Shown here in pieces: positions 36,267 through 44,734 of a stretch of 64,000 nt of DNA. Location of the stretch: positions 1 through 64,000 of IMG/VR virus record IMGVR_UViG_3300037457_000038; one strand, 5' to 3'. Position numbers and translations under genes: made by a program. Every line of letters begins with the position of its first letter. Positions within the stretch are counted from its first letter, which is position 1. This DNA comes from a virus. The notes under the pieces were generated by a model. The model did no database searches. It was not told the origin of the DNA and saw only the letters and a list, made by a program, of their open reading frames with translations.

Positions 36267-36506
36267 TTACTCGCGGACGAGGTCAGCGAGCGGCACATCG
36301 AGGACCCAGGCGATACGCATCAGGGTGCCGATGCGTGGATTGCTGCGGCCGGCCTCGATCTGCTGGTAGACGCTACGGCTCACCTGGGCAGCCAGGAGCA
36401 CCTTCTCCTGGGTGAGGTTGCGGAGCAGGCGCGTTTCGCGGATGCGGTCACCGATGACGCGGCGGCGGTCGTTGGTCCAGTCGTCGTCCTCGGGCAGCGC
36501 GCGCAC
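36267..36506 (-). CDS. XRE-family HTH regulator
   Basis: IGDRIRE.R...NLTQE...VSR..YQ.IEAG..NP. Confidence 0.85.
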   Translation of the reverse strand: MRALPEDDDWTNDRRRVIGDRIRETRLLRNLTQEKVLLAAQVSRSVYQQIEAGRSNPRIGTLMRIAWVLDVPLADLVRE

Positions 36507-36829
36507 CCGTCCACGCTTGACCCAAGATGATCACTAGTCAGCCCGGCATACCGGGCATTGTTTGATCTTGGAGGCTGCGGGTATCCCGGATGGACCACCC
36601 GCCACAGGCGGGGCCGAGGTGGCGATTCCGCGCGAGGGACGCCTCTCCGTCCAGATGGCGGAGCCTCGGTCACCGAGCCGCCCCGGGTCCTAGACTCGGG
36701 GCGGTGCCGCCTACTTGGGCGTCAATTCCCCGCCAAAACGGACACAGAAATGGGCCAAGTGCCTTTCCTTAAGATGGTCCACGACGACCAGGGAAAACGC
36801 AGCTCAGCACATCGCTCACTACCCGATAC

Positions 36830-36874
36830 CTTCTAAGCACTTGGCCGCAGGTTCGAGTCCTGCCGGGGGCGCCA
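36830..36874 (+). other. attP core: 3' half of tRNA-Arg(UCU)
   Basis: Anticodon loop CTTCTAA, T-arm GCAGG-TTCGAGT-CCTGC, acceptor strand ending CCA; 5' half absent; integrase adjacent. Confidence 0.88.
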
Positions 36875-36983
36875 ACCCACCCTCACCAGCACGGATGCTG
36901 AAAGAGGCGCCCGGCACTCGTTGCGGACATCGCTTATCCGCCAAGTGCTTCCCCAAATCCGCCATCGGGCGTACCGTCCCGAC

Positions 36984-37937
36984 ATGGCATACGACCTCCA
37001 TCCGCTGGTGGCCTCCTGGGTCCGCTCGCTCCGCGCACGCAACCTCGCCGACGACACGATCAAGGTGTACCGACGGGCAGGCAACGGCATCGCCGACTAC
37101 CTTCTCGCCTACTCGCCGCCCGGCGACGACCCCGGCGCACGGCCGGCACCGGACGGCTTGGAGGGCCAGAGCGGGATCCACCGTGAGCACGTCGCCGCGT
37201 ATATCCAGCACCTCCTCGACGAGAAGGGCGAGGCGACCGCGCACCAGCAGTTCCGGTCGCTGAAGACGTTCTTCAACTGGCTGGTCGATGAGGAGGAGAT
37301 GGACCGCAGCCCGATGCGGACGATGAAGCCGCCGGAGCTGACGGAGAAGGAAGTGCCGATCATCCCGGACGATGCGCTGAAGCGGCTGTTCGCCACCTGC
37401 CGGGGCAAGACCTTCGAAGCTCGGCGGGACACGGCCATCATGATGATGTTCCTTGACACCGGGGTACGCCTGTCGGAGCTGACGAACCGCAGCATCGAGG
37501 AACTCGACCTGGACCTGATGGTGTTGCAGGTCCTCGGCAAGGGCAACAGGTACCGCAGCGTGCCCTTCGGCCGGGCGTCAGCTCAGGTAATGGACCGGTA
37601 TCTGCGGTCCCTGAACAAGCACCTCGGACGTACACCCGACAAGGATGAGGCGCTGTGGTGGGGCATCAAGTCCAAGCGGCCGCTGACGATCTGGGGCGTG
37701 GGGACGATGCTGGAGCGCCGGGCTGCTGAGGCCGGGCTGCCGCACATCCATCCGCACCAGTTCCGGCACACCCTGGCGCATCAGTGGAAGGTCGCGGGCG
37801 GGAACGAGGACGATCTGATGCGGATCATGGGTTGGCGGTCGCGGCAGATGCTGTCGCGGTACGCGTCCAGCGCGGGTGATGAGCGGGCGCGTGCGGCTCA
37901 CCGGAGGTTGAGCCCCGGCGACCGGCTTGGGAAGTAG
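36984..37937 (+). CDS. int: Tyrosine integrase
   Basis: TGVRLSE, GKG, HPHQFRH, MGW, RY catalytic set. Confidence 0.95.
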   Translation: MAYDLHPLVASWVRSLRARNLADDTIKVYRRAGNGIADYLLAYSPPGDDPGARPAPDGLEGQSGIHREHVAAYIQHLLDEKGEATAHQQFRSLKTFFNWLVDEEEMDRSPMRTMKPPELTEKEVPIIPDDALKRLFATCRGKTFEARRDTAIMMMFLDTGVRLSELTNRSIEELDLDLMVLQVLGKGNRYRSVPFGRASAQVMDRYLRSLNKHLGRTPDKDEALWWGIKSKRPLTIWGVGTMLERRAAEAGLPHIHPHQFRHTLAHQWKVAGGNEDDLMRIMGWRSRQMLSRYASSAGDERARAAHRRLSPGDRLGK

Positions 37938-37953
37938 CCGGCCGCCAGGTGGG

Positions 37954-38178
37954 CTATGCCGTGTGAAGGTTGAACGTTTCGCTGCCGACGAGGTGCGGCA
38001 GTCGCGTGCAGAGCAGGGCGAGCGCGGCGTCCTCGCTGATCTTCCGTGGATCGAAGGCGATGCGCACGTGGGATCCGAAGTCTCTGTACATCATCGTCAC
38101 GTTCAGCCGTCTGCGTTCCACGTGCACGTCTGTCACATGCCCCCTGTCCCGCTGGCTCCGGGCACACCGGTATTGCAC
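37954..38178 (-). CDS. Small hypothetical protein downstream of repressor
   Basis: ORF with RBS-like GAGG; position; weak evidence otherwise. Confidence 0.45.
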   Translation of the reverse strand: MQYRCARSQRDRGHVTDVHVERRRLNVTMMYRDFGSHVRIAFDPRKISEDAALALLCTRLPHLVGSETFNLHTA

Positions 38179-38302
38179 GAGCGTTCGATCTTGCGCGAGG
38201 TGGGGGTCACTCTACGCGCGGTACTCGCATTCATGCAGGGTGTGATCGGGATATGTATACCTGTCACGCGGATTGTGACGTTCCGGAGATGTTCAGCTTG
38301 TA

Positions 38303-38689
38303 CTACTTGTCAGTCGCTGCCGCTTTGTCCCACTCGGCGGCGACGGCGCGCTCCTCGGCTCCGGGGTGCTCGCCAATCTTGTGCATGAGGACCGCAGGGG
38401 GCCCGTCAGTAAGCTCAGAGGTTTCGTAGCCGATGAGCTGATAGTGCGCTGCGGCGCCGACCACGTCGCGGGGGATGCCGAGGCCAGCTGCGAGGGCGCC
38501 GACTAGGGGCCCGGTGACCTTGTATGCCTCGCCTTTGATGATTTTCCCGATGAGGCCGGTGCTGGGGCTGTATCCAGTGTCGGGGTCGACTGCGCGTTCG
38601 GCGAAGGCAGCGACGGTCCACCGCTTCCCCTGGTGTGTGCCGACGTGCTGTCGCACGAGTTCGGTCAGGGCGTCGCGCTGCTCAGCCAT
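38303..38689 (-). CDS. Immunity repressor (XRE-like)
   Basis: RBS GGAG; FAERAVDP.TGY.PS...IGKI..G...ALAAGLG.P; divergent from cro. Confidence 0.75.
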   Translation of the reverse strand: MAEQRDALTELVRQHVGTHQGKRWTVAAFAERAVDPDTGYSPSTGLIGKIIKGEAYKVTGPLVGALAAGLGIPRDVVGAAAHYQLIGYETSELTDGPPAVLMHKIGEHPGAEERAVAAEWDKAAATDK

Positions 38690-38790
38690 CTCTCCAACCT
38701 CTCTTATCGCCGGTGTCCAGGAGTTCCCACTGGACACTGCGTCAAAGTCGCTGGTCAGGGCGTACAACGATGCGTGTCCTCGGCATCATT

Positions 38791-39194
38791 GTCCATGAGC
38801 AAGGACATGGATAGCGATCCGGGTAAGAACTTGCCCGAAACTTTCACCTCCCCGGATCACGCCAGTGGACACCGCGCAACCGCTGTGCTTAGATATCCAT
38901 ATCCACGGACGTGGATGAGCGCGGAGGCCACACCTTGTCATCACCCCGACTGCACCTGACTGACAGCACCCTGCTGCGCCTGCTGATGAAGTACGCACCA
39001 GCAGGAGAACTTTCCGTCAGGGCACTCGCCGAGGAGGCGCGAGTCTCCAAAAGCAAGATCGGCAACCTCCTCAACGGCGGCCCCTACCCCACCGTTGATT
39101 TCGACACGGCGGCCCGGATCGCACGGGCCGTAGGCGTCCACAGGGACGCTCTTTTTCAGCCACGATCATCCATATCCATGGATGTAGATGAGCG
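38791..39194. promoter_or_regulatory. Three related 22-bp imperfect palindromes (RTCCAT....NNGGAYRTRGAT)
   Basis: Copies at 38791, 38895 and 39168; the latter two form a 27-bp direct repeat with 3 mismatches. Confidence 0.75.
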
Positions 39195-39543
39195 AGAGGA
39201 CACGGCGATGGATCCCACTGAGCGGAGTCTCAGGATGCGGCTCGCGTCCCACAAGAGCTGGGCTCAGACGGCAGACCGGTCTGCTCGTACTGAGGCCGCC
39301 CGTAAGGCCAGCCATCACACCCGGTTCGTCGAGCAGGCCCGCGGTCTGCACCCCGACGCGACCGAGGAGCAGATCGCCAACGCGGCCGAGTCGCTGCGCA
39401 AGGCGTACTACTCCGAGCTCGCGCTCAGGGGCGTGCAGTCCCGGCGGATCAAGGCCCAGGAGCAGCAGGCCGAGCGGCAGAAGCGGATCGACGCGGCCAT
39501 GGCCGAGCTGGAGGCCGCGACCGCCGAGGACCCTGCGGCCTGA
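38935..39543 (+). CDS. Cro-like HTH protein reading in frame into a second helical protein (internal start 39208)
   Basis: SVRALAEEARVSKSKIGNLLNG; internal RBS GAGAGGA plus ATG. Confidence 0.75.
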   Translation: MSSPRLHLTDSTLLRLLMKYAPAGELSVRALAEEARVSKSKIGNLLNGGPYPTVDFDTAARIARAVGVHRDALFQPRSSISMDVDEREDTAMDPTERSLRMRLASHKSWAQTADRSARTEAARKASHHTRFVEQARGLHPDATEEQIANAAESLRKAYYSELALRGVQSRRIKAQEQQAERQKRIDAAMAELEAATAEDPAA

Positions 39544-39626
39544 AAACAGATGTGGGCCCGCCCCCAACTCCGCAGTCCGGGACAGGCCCTCAGTTCACCT
39601 CACCACTGTTGAAAGCGAGGCTCACT

Positions 39627-40085
39627 GTGAGCTCGAATTGTATTCGCCCGGCCGATCTGCCCGCCGGTCACCGGCGTACGGTCCTGGTCGCAGGCATCGC
39701 CCCGCCCCCGGCCCGGCCGACGCTGTTGCCCGCTGTGTTCCGTACGGCGGCCCGGCTGGTTGCGGTGAACGGGCACTGGCAGGGCGACTATCTGCCGGAC
39801 CCGTTCGACCGGGTCACCACCACCCCGCACGCCACGCGGCCGTTGTCCATCGTCGCTGCGGTCCGTTGCGCGGCGACCGGAAGCCCGCGCCGCACCAGCG
39901 ACTTGTCGGAGCGGGCGATCGAGATGCTCGCCAACCGGCTGGAGGTCGACGGGGAGCCTGCCCCGTTTGAGCCGGAGCGGTTGGAGTGGCATGTCGCTGC
40001 GTGGGGGGACGCCCCGGGTCGTACGGCTGAGTGTGCGGTTGCAGTGCTGGAGGCTGCCGGGGACGCGTGCGAGGTGCACGCATGA
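39627..40085 (+). CDS. DUF6197-like protein
   Basis: AARL...GHWQG...SIVAA...W.D.PGRT....VL..A. Confidence 0.65.
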   Translation: MSSNCIRPADLPAGHRRTVLVAGIAPPPARPTLLPAVFRTAARLVAVNGHWQGDYLPDPFDRVTTTPHATRPLSIVAAVRCAATGSPRRTSDLSERAIEMLANRLEVDGEPAPFEPERLEWHVAAWGDAPGRTAECAVAVLEAAGDACEVHA

Positions 40086-41074
40086 GCGGCAAGACGAACG
40101 ATGCGGTCCGGCGGTTCATCGAGGACGCGCAGCTGCGGTACTCGGCCCAGCAGCTGGCGGGGCAGGCCACGGAGGATCTGGAGAGCGCGGGGCTGCTCTT
40201 TGATCCGGAGCGGGCGGAGGAGATCGCTTCTGCGGCGCGGGAGCAGGCGCTCGCCGTACAGGCAGCTGAGGTTGAGGAGCTGCGGGCGGATGTGTCCGCC
40301 ACCAGGCTGCGCGGGTTGCTGGCCCCGTCCGATGCTTCCTCCCCGGGGCCGGCCGGGCCGGAGTCGAGGTGCGCCGAGGACGAGCTGACCGGCGCGCGGC
40401 TGTCGCTCTGGGAGGAGGAGCAGGAGAACGCGCGGCTGACGGCTCGGGTCGCCGAGCTGGAGGCGGAGACCTACGTGGCCCCGTCGCCTAGTTGCACGCG
40501 CTGTTACGGGGCTGATGCCGCGCGGTTCGTGGCCAAGGGTGGTGCCACATCGGCGTGCCGCGTTTGTGGTCCGTCGGAGGCCGAGCAGCTGCGGTCTCGG
40601 GTCGCCGAGCTGGAGGACGTGGAGCGTCGTCTCCTCGACCTGCTGCCGACCGAGCCGCTGCCCGCAGTGATGCTCGCCGAGGACATCCCGGCAGTGAGGT
40701 CGGAGTGGGCGGTGTGGCAGCAGGTCGCCGAAGCACTGGACGTCAGGGTGCCGTACACGCGGCCGGTCGATGAAGACCCGATCCCGTACCAGCTGACCGA
40801 GGCGGCGGACACCACCGGGCCGGAGGTGACGGTGTACCGCGCCGAGTACGACGTGATCCCGTTCGGCCTGTACACCACGCCCGAGGCAGCACGGGCGCAC
40901 TGCGAAGCACACCTGCGTCGGGAGCAGCCCACCGCCGCACTCGACTGGATCGTCGACGACGAGGACGGCGTCGCCGAGCTGGTGACCACGGTCGACGGCT
41001 CCAGCGACGCGACTGGCTATGTCGTGATCGCGCTGGAGGTCGCCTCCGCCTACGACGAGGAGGCCGACGAATGA
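40082..41074 (+). CDS. Mosaic coiled-coil hypothetical protein
   Basis: Repeated RVAELE; CxxC insert; coupled to neighbours. Confidence 0.7.
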   Translation: MSGKTNDAVRRFIEDAQLRYSAQQLAGQATEDLESAGLLFDPERAEEIASAAREQALAVQAAEVEELRADVSATRLRGLLAPSDASSPGPAGPESRCAEDELTGARLSLWEEEQENARLTARVAELEAETYVAPSPSCTRCYGADAARFVAKGGATSACRVCGPSEAEQLRSRVAELEDVERRLLDLLPTEPLPAVMLAEDIPAVRSEWAVWQQVAEALDVRVPYTRPVDEDPIPYQLTEAADTTGPEVTVYRAEYDVIPFGLYTTPEAARAHCEAHLRREQPTAALDWIVDDEDGVAELVTTVDGSSDATGYVVIALEVASAYDEEADE

Positions 41075-41301
41075 GGCTGCTGTTGTTCGTGTGCGCCTGG
41101 CTGGCTTGGGCGGCGGTCGTCTGGTTCGGGGTTGGTGCCGCTGTCGAGTGGTGGCAGCAGCCGATGCCTGCGGTGGAGCCTGCCAGCCCCGCCCCGTCCG
41201 CCGGTGAGCGTGCGGTGCCGGATGGGGAGGGGGAGTTGGCGCCGTGCAGTCATGAGCTGCCGGATGTGCCGCGCTGCGCCCTGGACGGGAGTGCCCGATG
41301 A
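41071..41301 (+). CDS. Small membrane protein
   Basis: N-terminal TM; ATGA coupling. Confidence 0.55.
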   Translation: MRLLLFVCAWLAWAAVVWFGVGAAVEWWQQPMPAVEPASPAPSAGERAVPDGEGELAPCSHELPDVPRCALDGSAR

Positions 41302-41344
41302 CCGCACTTCTCACCCTCCTCGCCTACCTCATGGAGAGCCACCG

Positions 41345-41734
41345 ATGAATGAGAGCTGCAAGCCCGGGCTGTCCGTGTCGCTCGACTCGACGTGGTCGCG
41401 TGCGGTGCTGCGGGTCGACGGCATCCGCTCCGACACCCTGTACCAGCTGGGTGCCACGTGGGCGGAGGACGACGGCCGCGAGGACATCACCGAGGCGCTT
41501 GACCGGCTGGCCGAGCTGGCTGTTGGGAGCCCGACAGCGGCGGAGCTGGACGCCGGGATTGACGCGTTGGACGACGCGGGCTGTTCGGAGCACGCCGATG
41601 TGCGGATCGGCCTGGCTGACGCGGTGCGGCTGCGCGCCGAGTTGGACGCGGCGATCGCCAAGCTGTCCCGCTTCGGGACGGCCGCCACCGAGGTCGTTGT
41701 GCCGCACCAGCGCACAGCGGGTGAAGCCGCATGA
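41345..41734 (+). CDS. Hypothetical protein
   Basis: RBS GGAG; GC3-rich codons. Confidence 0.6.
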   Translation: MNESCKPGLSVSLDSTWSRAVLRVDGIRSDTLYQLGATWAEDDGREDITEALDRLAELAVGSPTAAELDAGIDALDDAGCSEHADVRIGLADAVRLRAELDAAIAKLSRFGTAATEVVVPHQRTAGEAA

Positions 41735-41997
41735 GCGCCCGGTCCCGTCTGCACGCGATGGTGCGGCACGACAGCGACACAGACACCGCCGAGTACGAGG
41801 CACGACTCGACGCCTACCGGGCCGAGGTGCTGGCAGAGGCCGCCGACGCGATCGAGCAGGCACAGTCCCGCGAGGAAGCCGAAGAGCGCGCCAAGTTCGG
41901 GCGACTCGACCACGAGACCGAGCTACAAGGCGAAGCCGTCCGCATCAAGGCCGCACTGCTGCGCCGCATGGCCACCGAGGCGGGTGGTTCCCGGTGA
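41731..41997 (+). CDS. Hypothetical protein
   Basis: LDAYRAEVL.EAAD motif; coupling. Confidence 0.65.
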   Translation: MSARSRLHAMVRHDSDTDTAEYEARLDAYRAEVLAEAADAIEQAQSREEAEERAKFGRLDHETELQGEAVRIKAALLRRMATEAGGSR

Positions 41998-42242
41998 GCC
42001 GCCCTACCCGCACCCGGCCGCAGACCGACCACACGGCGATGGCCGCCCAGCTCCGCGCCCAGCCCCAGGTGTGGCAGCGGGTCAGCGTGCACCGCTCCTC
42101 AGCATCCGCGGACACCACAGCCCGCAGCATCCGCACCGCTCACCGGCTGCGCTGGTACCGGCCTGCCGGAGCGTTCGACGCCGAGGCCGTGGTGGTCCGC
42201 GACGGCTACGCGGTCCGCGCCCGCTACACCGGCCCCCGCTGA
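41994..42242 (+). CDS. Hypothetical protein
   Basis: GTGA coupling; Y.PAGAF.A...V.ARY.G. Confidence 0.6.
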   Translation: MSRPTRTRPQTDHTAMAAQLRAQPQVWQRVSVHRSSASADTTARSIRTAHRLRWYRPAGAFDAEAVVVRDGYAVRARYTGPR

Positions 42243-42298
42243 CCTGACCGACCCGAGCGCTGCCCCGCCCGCCGCATCTACCACCGAAAGGACACGCA

Positions 42299-43099
42299 TT
42301 GATCGCCACCGGAAGCGACGACTACAGCGAGAGCCTGGCCGAGCGCATCGGCCAATTCATCATCGACTCCGACGCCGGCAGCGCCAGGTCGAAGCAGAAG
42401 GCCATCGGCCCCAGCGAGGTCGGCGAACCGTGTGAACGGCAGCTCTCCTACAAGATCCTCGACTGGCCCGAGACCAACACCAGCCGCGACCCGATCGCCG
42501 CGATCATCGGCACCGGATTCCACCTCTGGATCGGGGAGAAGTTCGAGGCCCGCAACGCCGCCCTCGGCGGCACCCGGTACAAGGTCGAAGACCGCGTCAC
42601 CGTGCGGGAGGGCTACACCGAGGCCGCGGCCCTCACCGGGAGCGCGGACCTGTACGACCGGCTCATCGCGGCGAACCTCGACTGGAAACTCGTCGGCGTC
42701 TCCAGCCTCGACAAGTACCGCCGCCAAGGCCCTGGCGAGAAGTACCGCATCCAGGCCCACCTGTACGGGATGGGCCAGCGAAACGCAGGCGAGGACGTTA
42801 AGCGCGTCGTCATCGTCTTCATCGCAAGGCACCACGAGCTCAAGATCCACGTGTGGTCCGAGCCGTACAACGAACAGATCGCCCTCGACGCACTCGCCCG
42901 CCTCGACCGCATCCGTGACCGCGTCATGGAACTCGACCCGGAGCAGTACCCGGAGCGCTGGGCCTCTATCCCCATCCCGGACAAGCCCAACTGCCGTTTC
43001 TGCGCCTACCTCAAACCCGGAAGCACCGACCTAGCCGTCGCCTGCCCCGGAGGCCAGACCAGCAACGCGGGCGCCTCCCTCCAGGCACTCATCGCCTGA
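42299..43099 (+). CDS. Cas4/RecB-like PD-(D/E)XK exonuclease
   Basis: IGPSE.G..CERQ, GT.FH, G..D...DWK, Q.HLYG, CRFC...C. Confidence 0.85.
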   Translation: MIATGSDDYSESLAERIGQFIIDSDAGSARSKQKAIGPSEVGEPCERQLSYKILDWPETNTSRDPIAAIIGTGFHLWIGEKFEARNAALGGTRYKVEDRVTVREGYTEAAALTGSADLYDRLIAANLDWKLVGVSSLDKYRRQGPGEKYRIQAHLYGMGQRNAGEDVKRVVIVFIARHHELKIHVWSEPYNEQIALDALARLDRIRDRVMELDPEQYPERWASIPIPDKPNCRFCAYLKPGSTDLAVACPGGQTSNAGASLQALIA

Positions 43100-43163
43100 C
43101 ACCCCATAGACCCGCCGATCCATCGGCGTGACCCATCAACACAACCAGCAGGAGCAGAAGCAG

Positions 43164-43847
43164 ATGACAACCCCGCAGCAGCAGTACAAGGCCCCCTCCG
43201 CCGACGACTTCCTCATGGGTGGAGGCGGCGCCCCCACCGCCAAGTTCCCCACCCCCGGGGCGTCCGTCGGCGGCCGCATCACCGAGAAGCCCACCGTTGA
43301 GCAACAGCGCGACATCTCCACTGGTGAGAAGAAGTTCTGGTCGGACGGCAACCCGATGATGCAGCTCGTCGTCACCGTGCAGACCGAGGAGCGGGACCCG
43401 GAGATCGAGGAAGACGACGGGCAGCGCCGCATCTTCGTCAAGGGCCAGATGAAGCAGGCCATCGCCGACGCGGTCCGCTCCGTCGGCGGCAAGGGCCTCG
43501 AAGTCGGCGGCACCCTCACCGTCACCTACTCCCACGACGGGGAGGTCAAGCAGCGCGGATTCAACCCGCCCAAGCAGTACCGCGCCCAGTACACCCCCGC
43601 GGCGACCAACGCGCTGCACACACCCGACCCGGGTGTTCCGCAGACCGCGCCGCAGCAGCCCGCGGCGGCCTCCCCCGTACCCGCGGCGGTTCCGGGACTG
43701 ACCCAAGAGCAGCTCGCCGCAGCAATGGCCAACCCGGCTACTGCGGCACTCCTCGCCCAGCAGCAGGCCCAGCAGCAGGCCGCAGCAGCACAGCCTGCCG
43801 CCCCTGTGCAGCAGCCGCCGGCCCCGGGCGACGTCCCGCAGTTCTAA
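43164..43847 (+). CDS. Putative single-strand DNA-binding/recombination protein
   Basis: AKF...G..V.G.I, W.DG.P..QLVV..QT; Q/P/A-rich tail ending DVPQF. Confidence 0.65.
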   Translation: MTTPQQQYKAPSADDFLMGGGGAPTAKFPTPGASVGGRITEKPTVEQQRDISTGEKKFWSDGNPMMQLVVTVQTEERDPEIEEDDGQRRIFVKGQMKQAIADAVRSVGGKGLEVGGTLTVTYSHDGEVKQRGFNPPKQYRAQYTPAATNALHTPDPGVPQTAPQQPAAASPVPAAVPGLTQEQLAAAMANPATAALLAQQQAQQQAAAAQPAAPVQQPPAPGDVPQF

Positions 43848-43856
43848 CCCACCCCC

Positions 43857-43907
43857 GCCCGACAGGTACCCAGGCCGGCAGCCGCGGTTCGAGCCCGCGG
43901 CCGGGCA
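43857..43907 (+). ncRNA. tRNA-like mini element (acceptor stem and T-arm, no full D or anticodon arms)
   Basis: GCCCGAC/GCCGGGC stem; CGCGG-TTCGAGC-CCGCG T-arm; discriminator A. Confidence 0.45.
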
Positions 43908-43942
43908 CTTAGCCCCACTCGCAGCACAGCAAGGAGCACGCC

Positions 43943-44734
43943 GTGATCAAGGCAATCCCGACCCGGTACGCCGGATGCCGGTTTCGGTCTCGCCTCGAAG
44001 CCCGTTGGGCCGTGTTCATGGACCACCTCGACGTGCCGTGGGACTACGAACCCGAGGGCTACCTCGTCGACGGGGTGTCTTACTTGCCGGACTTCCTCGT
44101 CTACCCCAACACCGGGCACGCGTTCTGGCTGGAGATCAAAGGAACCTTCCCCAACGAGGACGAACTCGCCACAGCCAAAGGACTCGCAGAAGGCTCCGGG
44201 ATCCCGGCCTTCGTGTACTGGGCGAAGCCCGAACCCCCCGCACCCGACTTCGCGAGCCTCACAGATGCCGAGTACCGCGGTCGGCGTACCAACAAGTACG
44301 CGTGGATCAACGGGCACGGCTGGCGCTGGTATCAAGCCACACTGCCCCCTACCTGGCAGATCGGCCTCATCCCGACCGCATTCCGGTTCACCCCGAACGC
44401 GAAAACAGGCGGCGCCGAAAGCGGCTTTTGGTGGTGGACCGACTGCCCGCACTGCGGCCGCGCCCTCATCAAGATCAACGGTCAAGTCGGCTGGTGCCCC
44501 AGCTTCGACGGACGCAACTCCACCCCCCACGACAACGAGACAGCGACCGACCCGACCCGCAAGCCAGGCCGCTGGCCCAGTGCCACCAAGCCCCGCCGCC
44601 CCGGAGAGTGGCCCGGCAAGACATGGCCCGTCAACGGGGCCTATCCCCGCTTCGCTCACCGCACCCAGCGACTACTCGACGCATACGAAGCCGCAACATC
44701 CGCCCGCTTCGAGCACGGGGAGAACGGCGCGTGA
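43943..44734 (+). CDS. PD-(D/E)XK nuclease
   Basis: FRSRLEARWA, YEPEG, YLPDF, WLEIKG. Confidence 0.8.
   Translation: MIKAIPTRYAGCRFRSRLEARWAVFMDHLDVPWDYEPEGYLVDGVSYLPDFLVYPNTGHAFWLEIKGTFPNEDELATAKGLAEGSGIPAFVYWAKPEPPAPDFASLTDAEYRGRRTNKYAWINGHGWRWYQATLPPTWQIGLIPTAFRFTPNAKTGGAESGFWWWTDCPHCGRALIKINGQVGWCPSFDGRNSTPHDNETATDPTRKPGRWPSATKPRRPGEWPGKTWPVNGAYPRFAHRTQRLLDAYEAATSARFEHGENGA

Noticed and set aside
36830-36874. Functional tRNA gene
   Set aside because: Only the 3' half is present; upstream bases cannot pair to form the anticodon or acceptor stems
43975-44730. 1105-aa primase with N-terminal extension (likewise extensions at 33731 and 54666)
   Set aside because: Extensions overlap other credible genes or terminators; RBS and coupling support starts at 44731, 33896 and 54990
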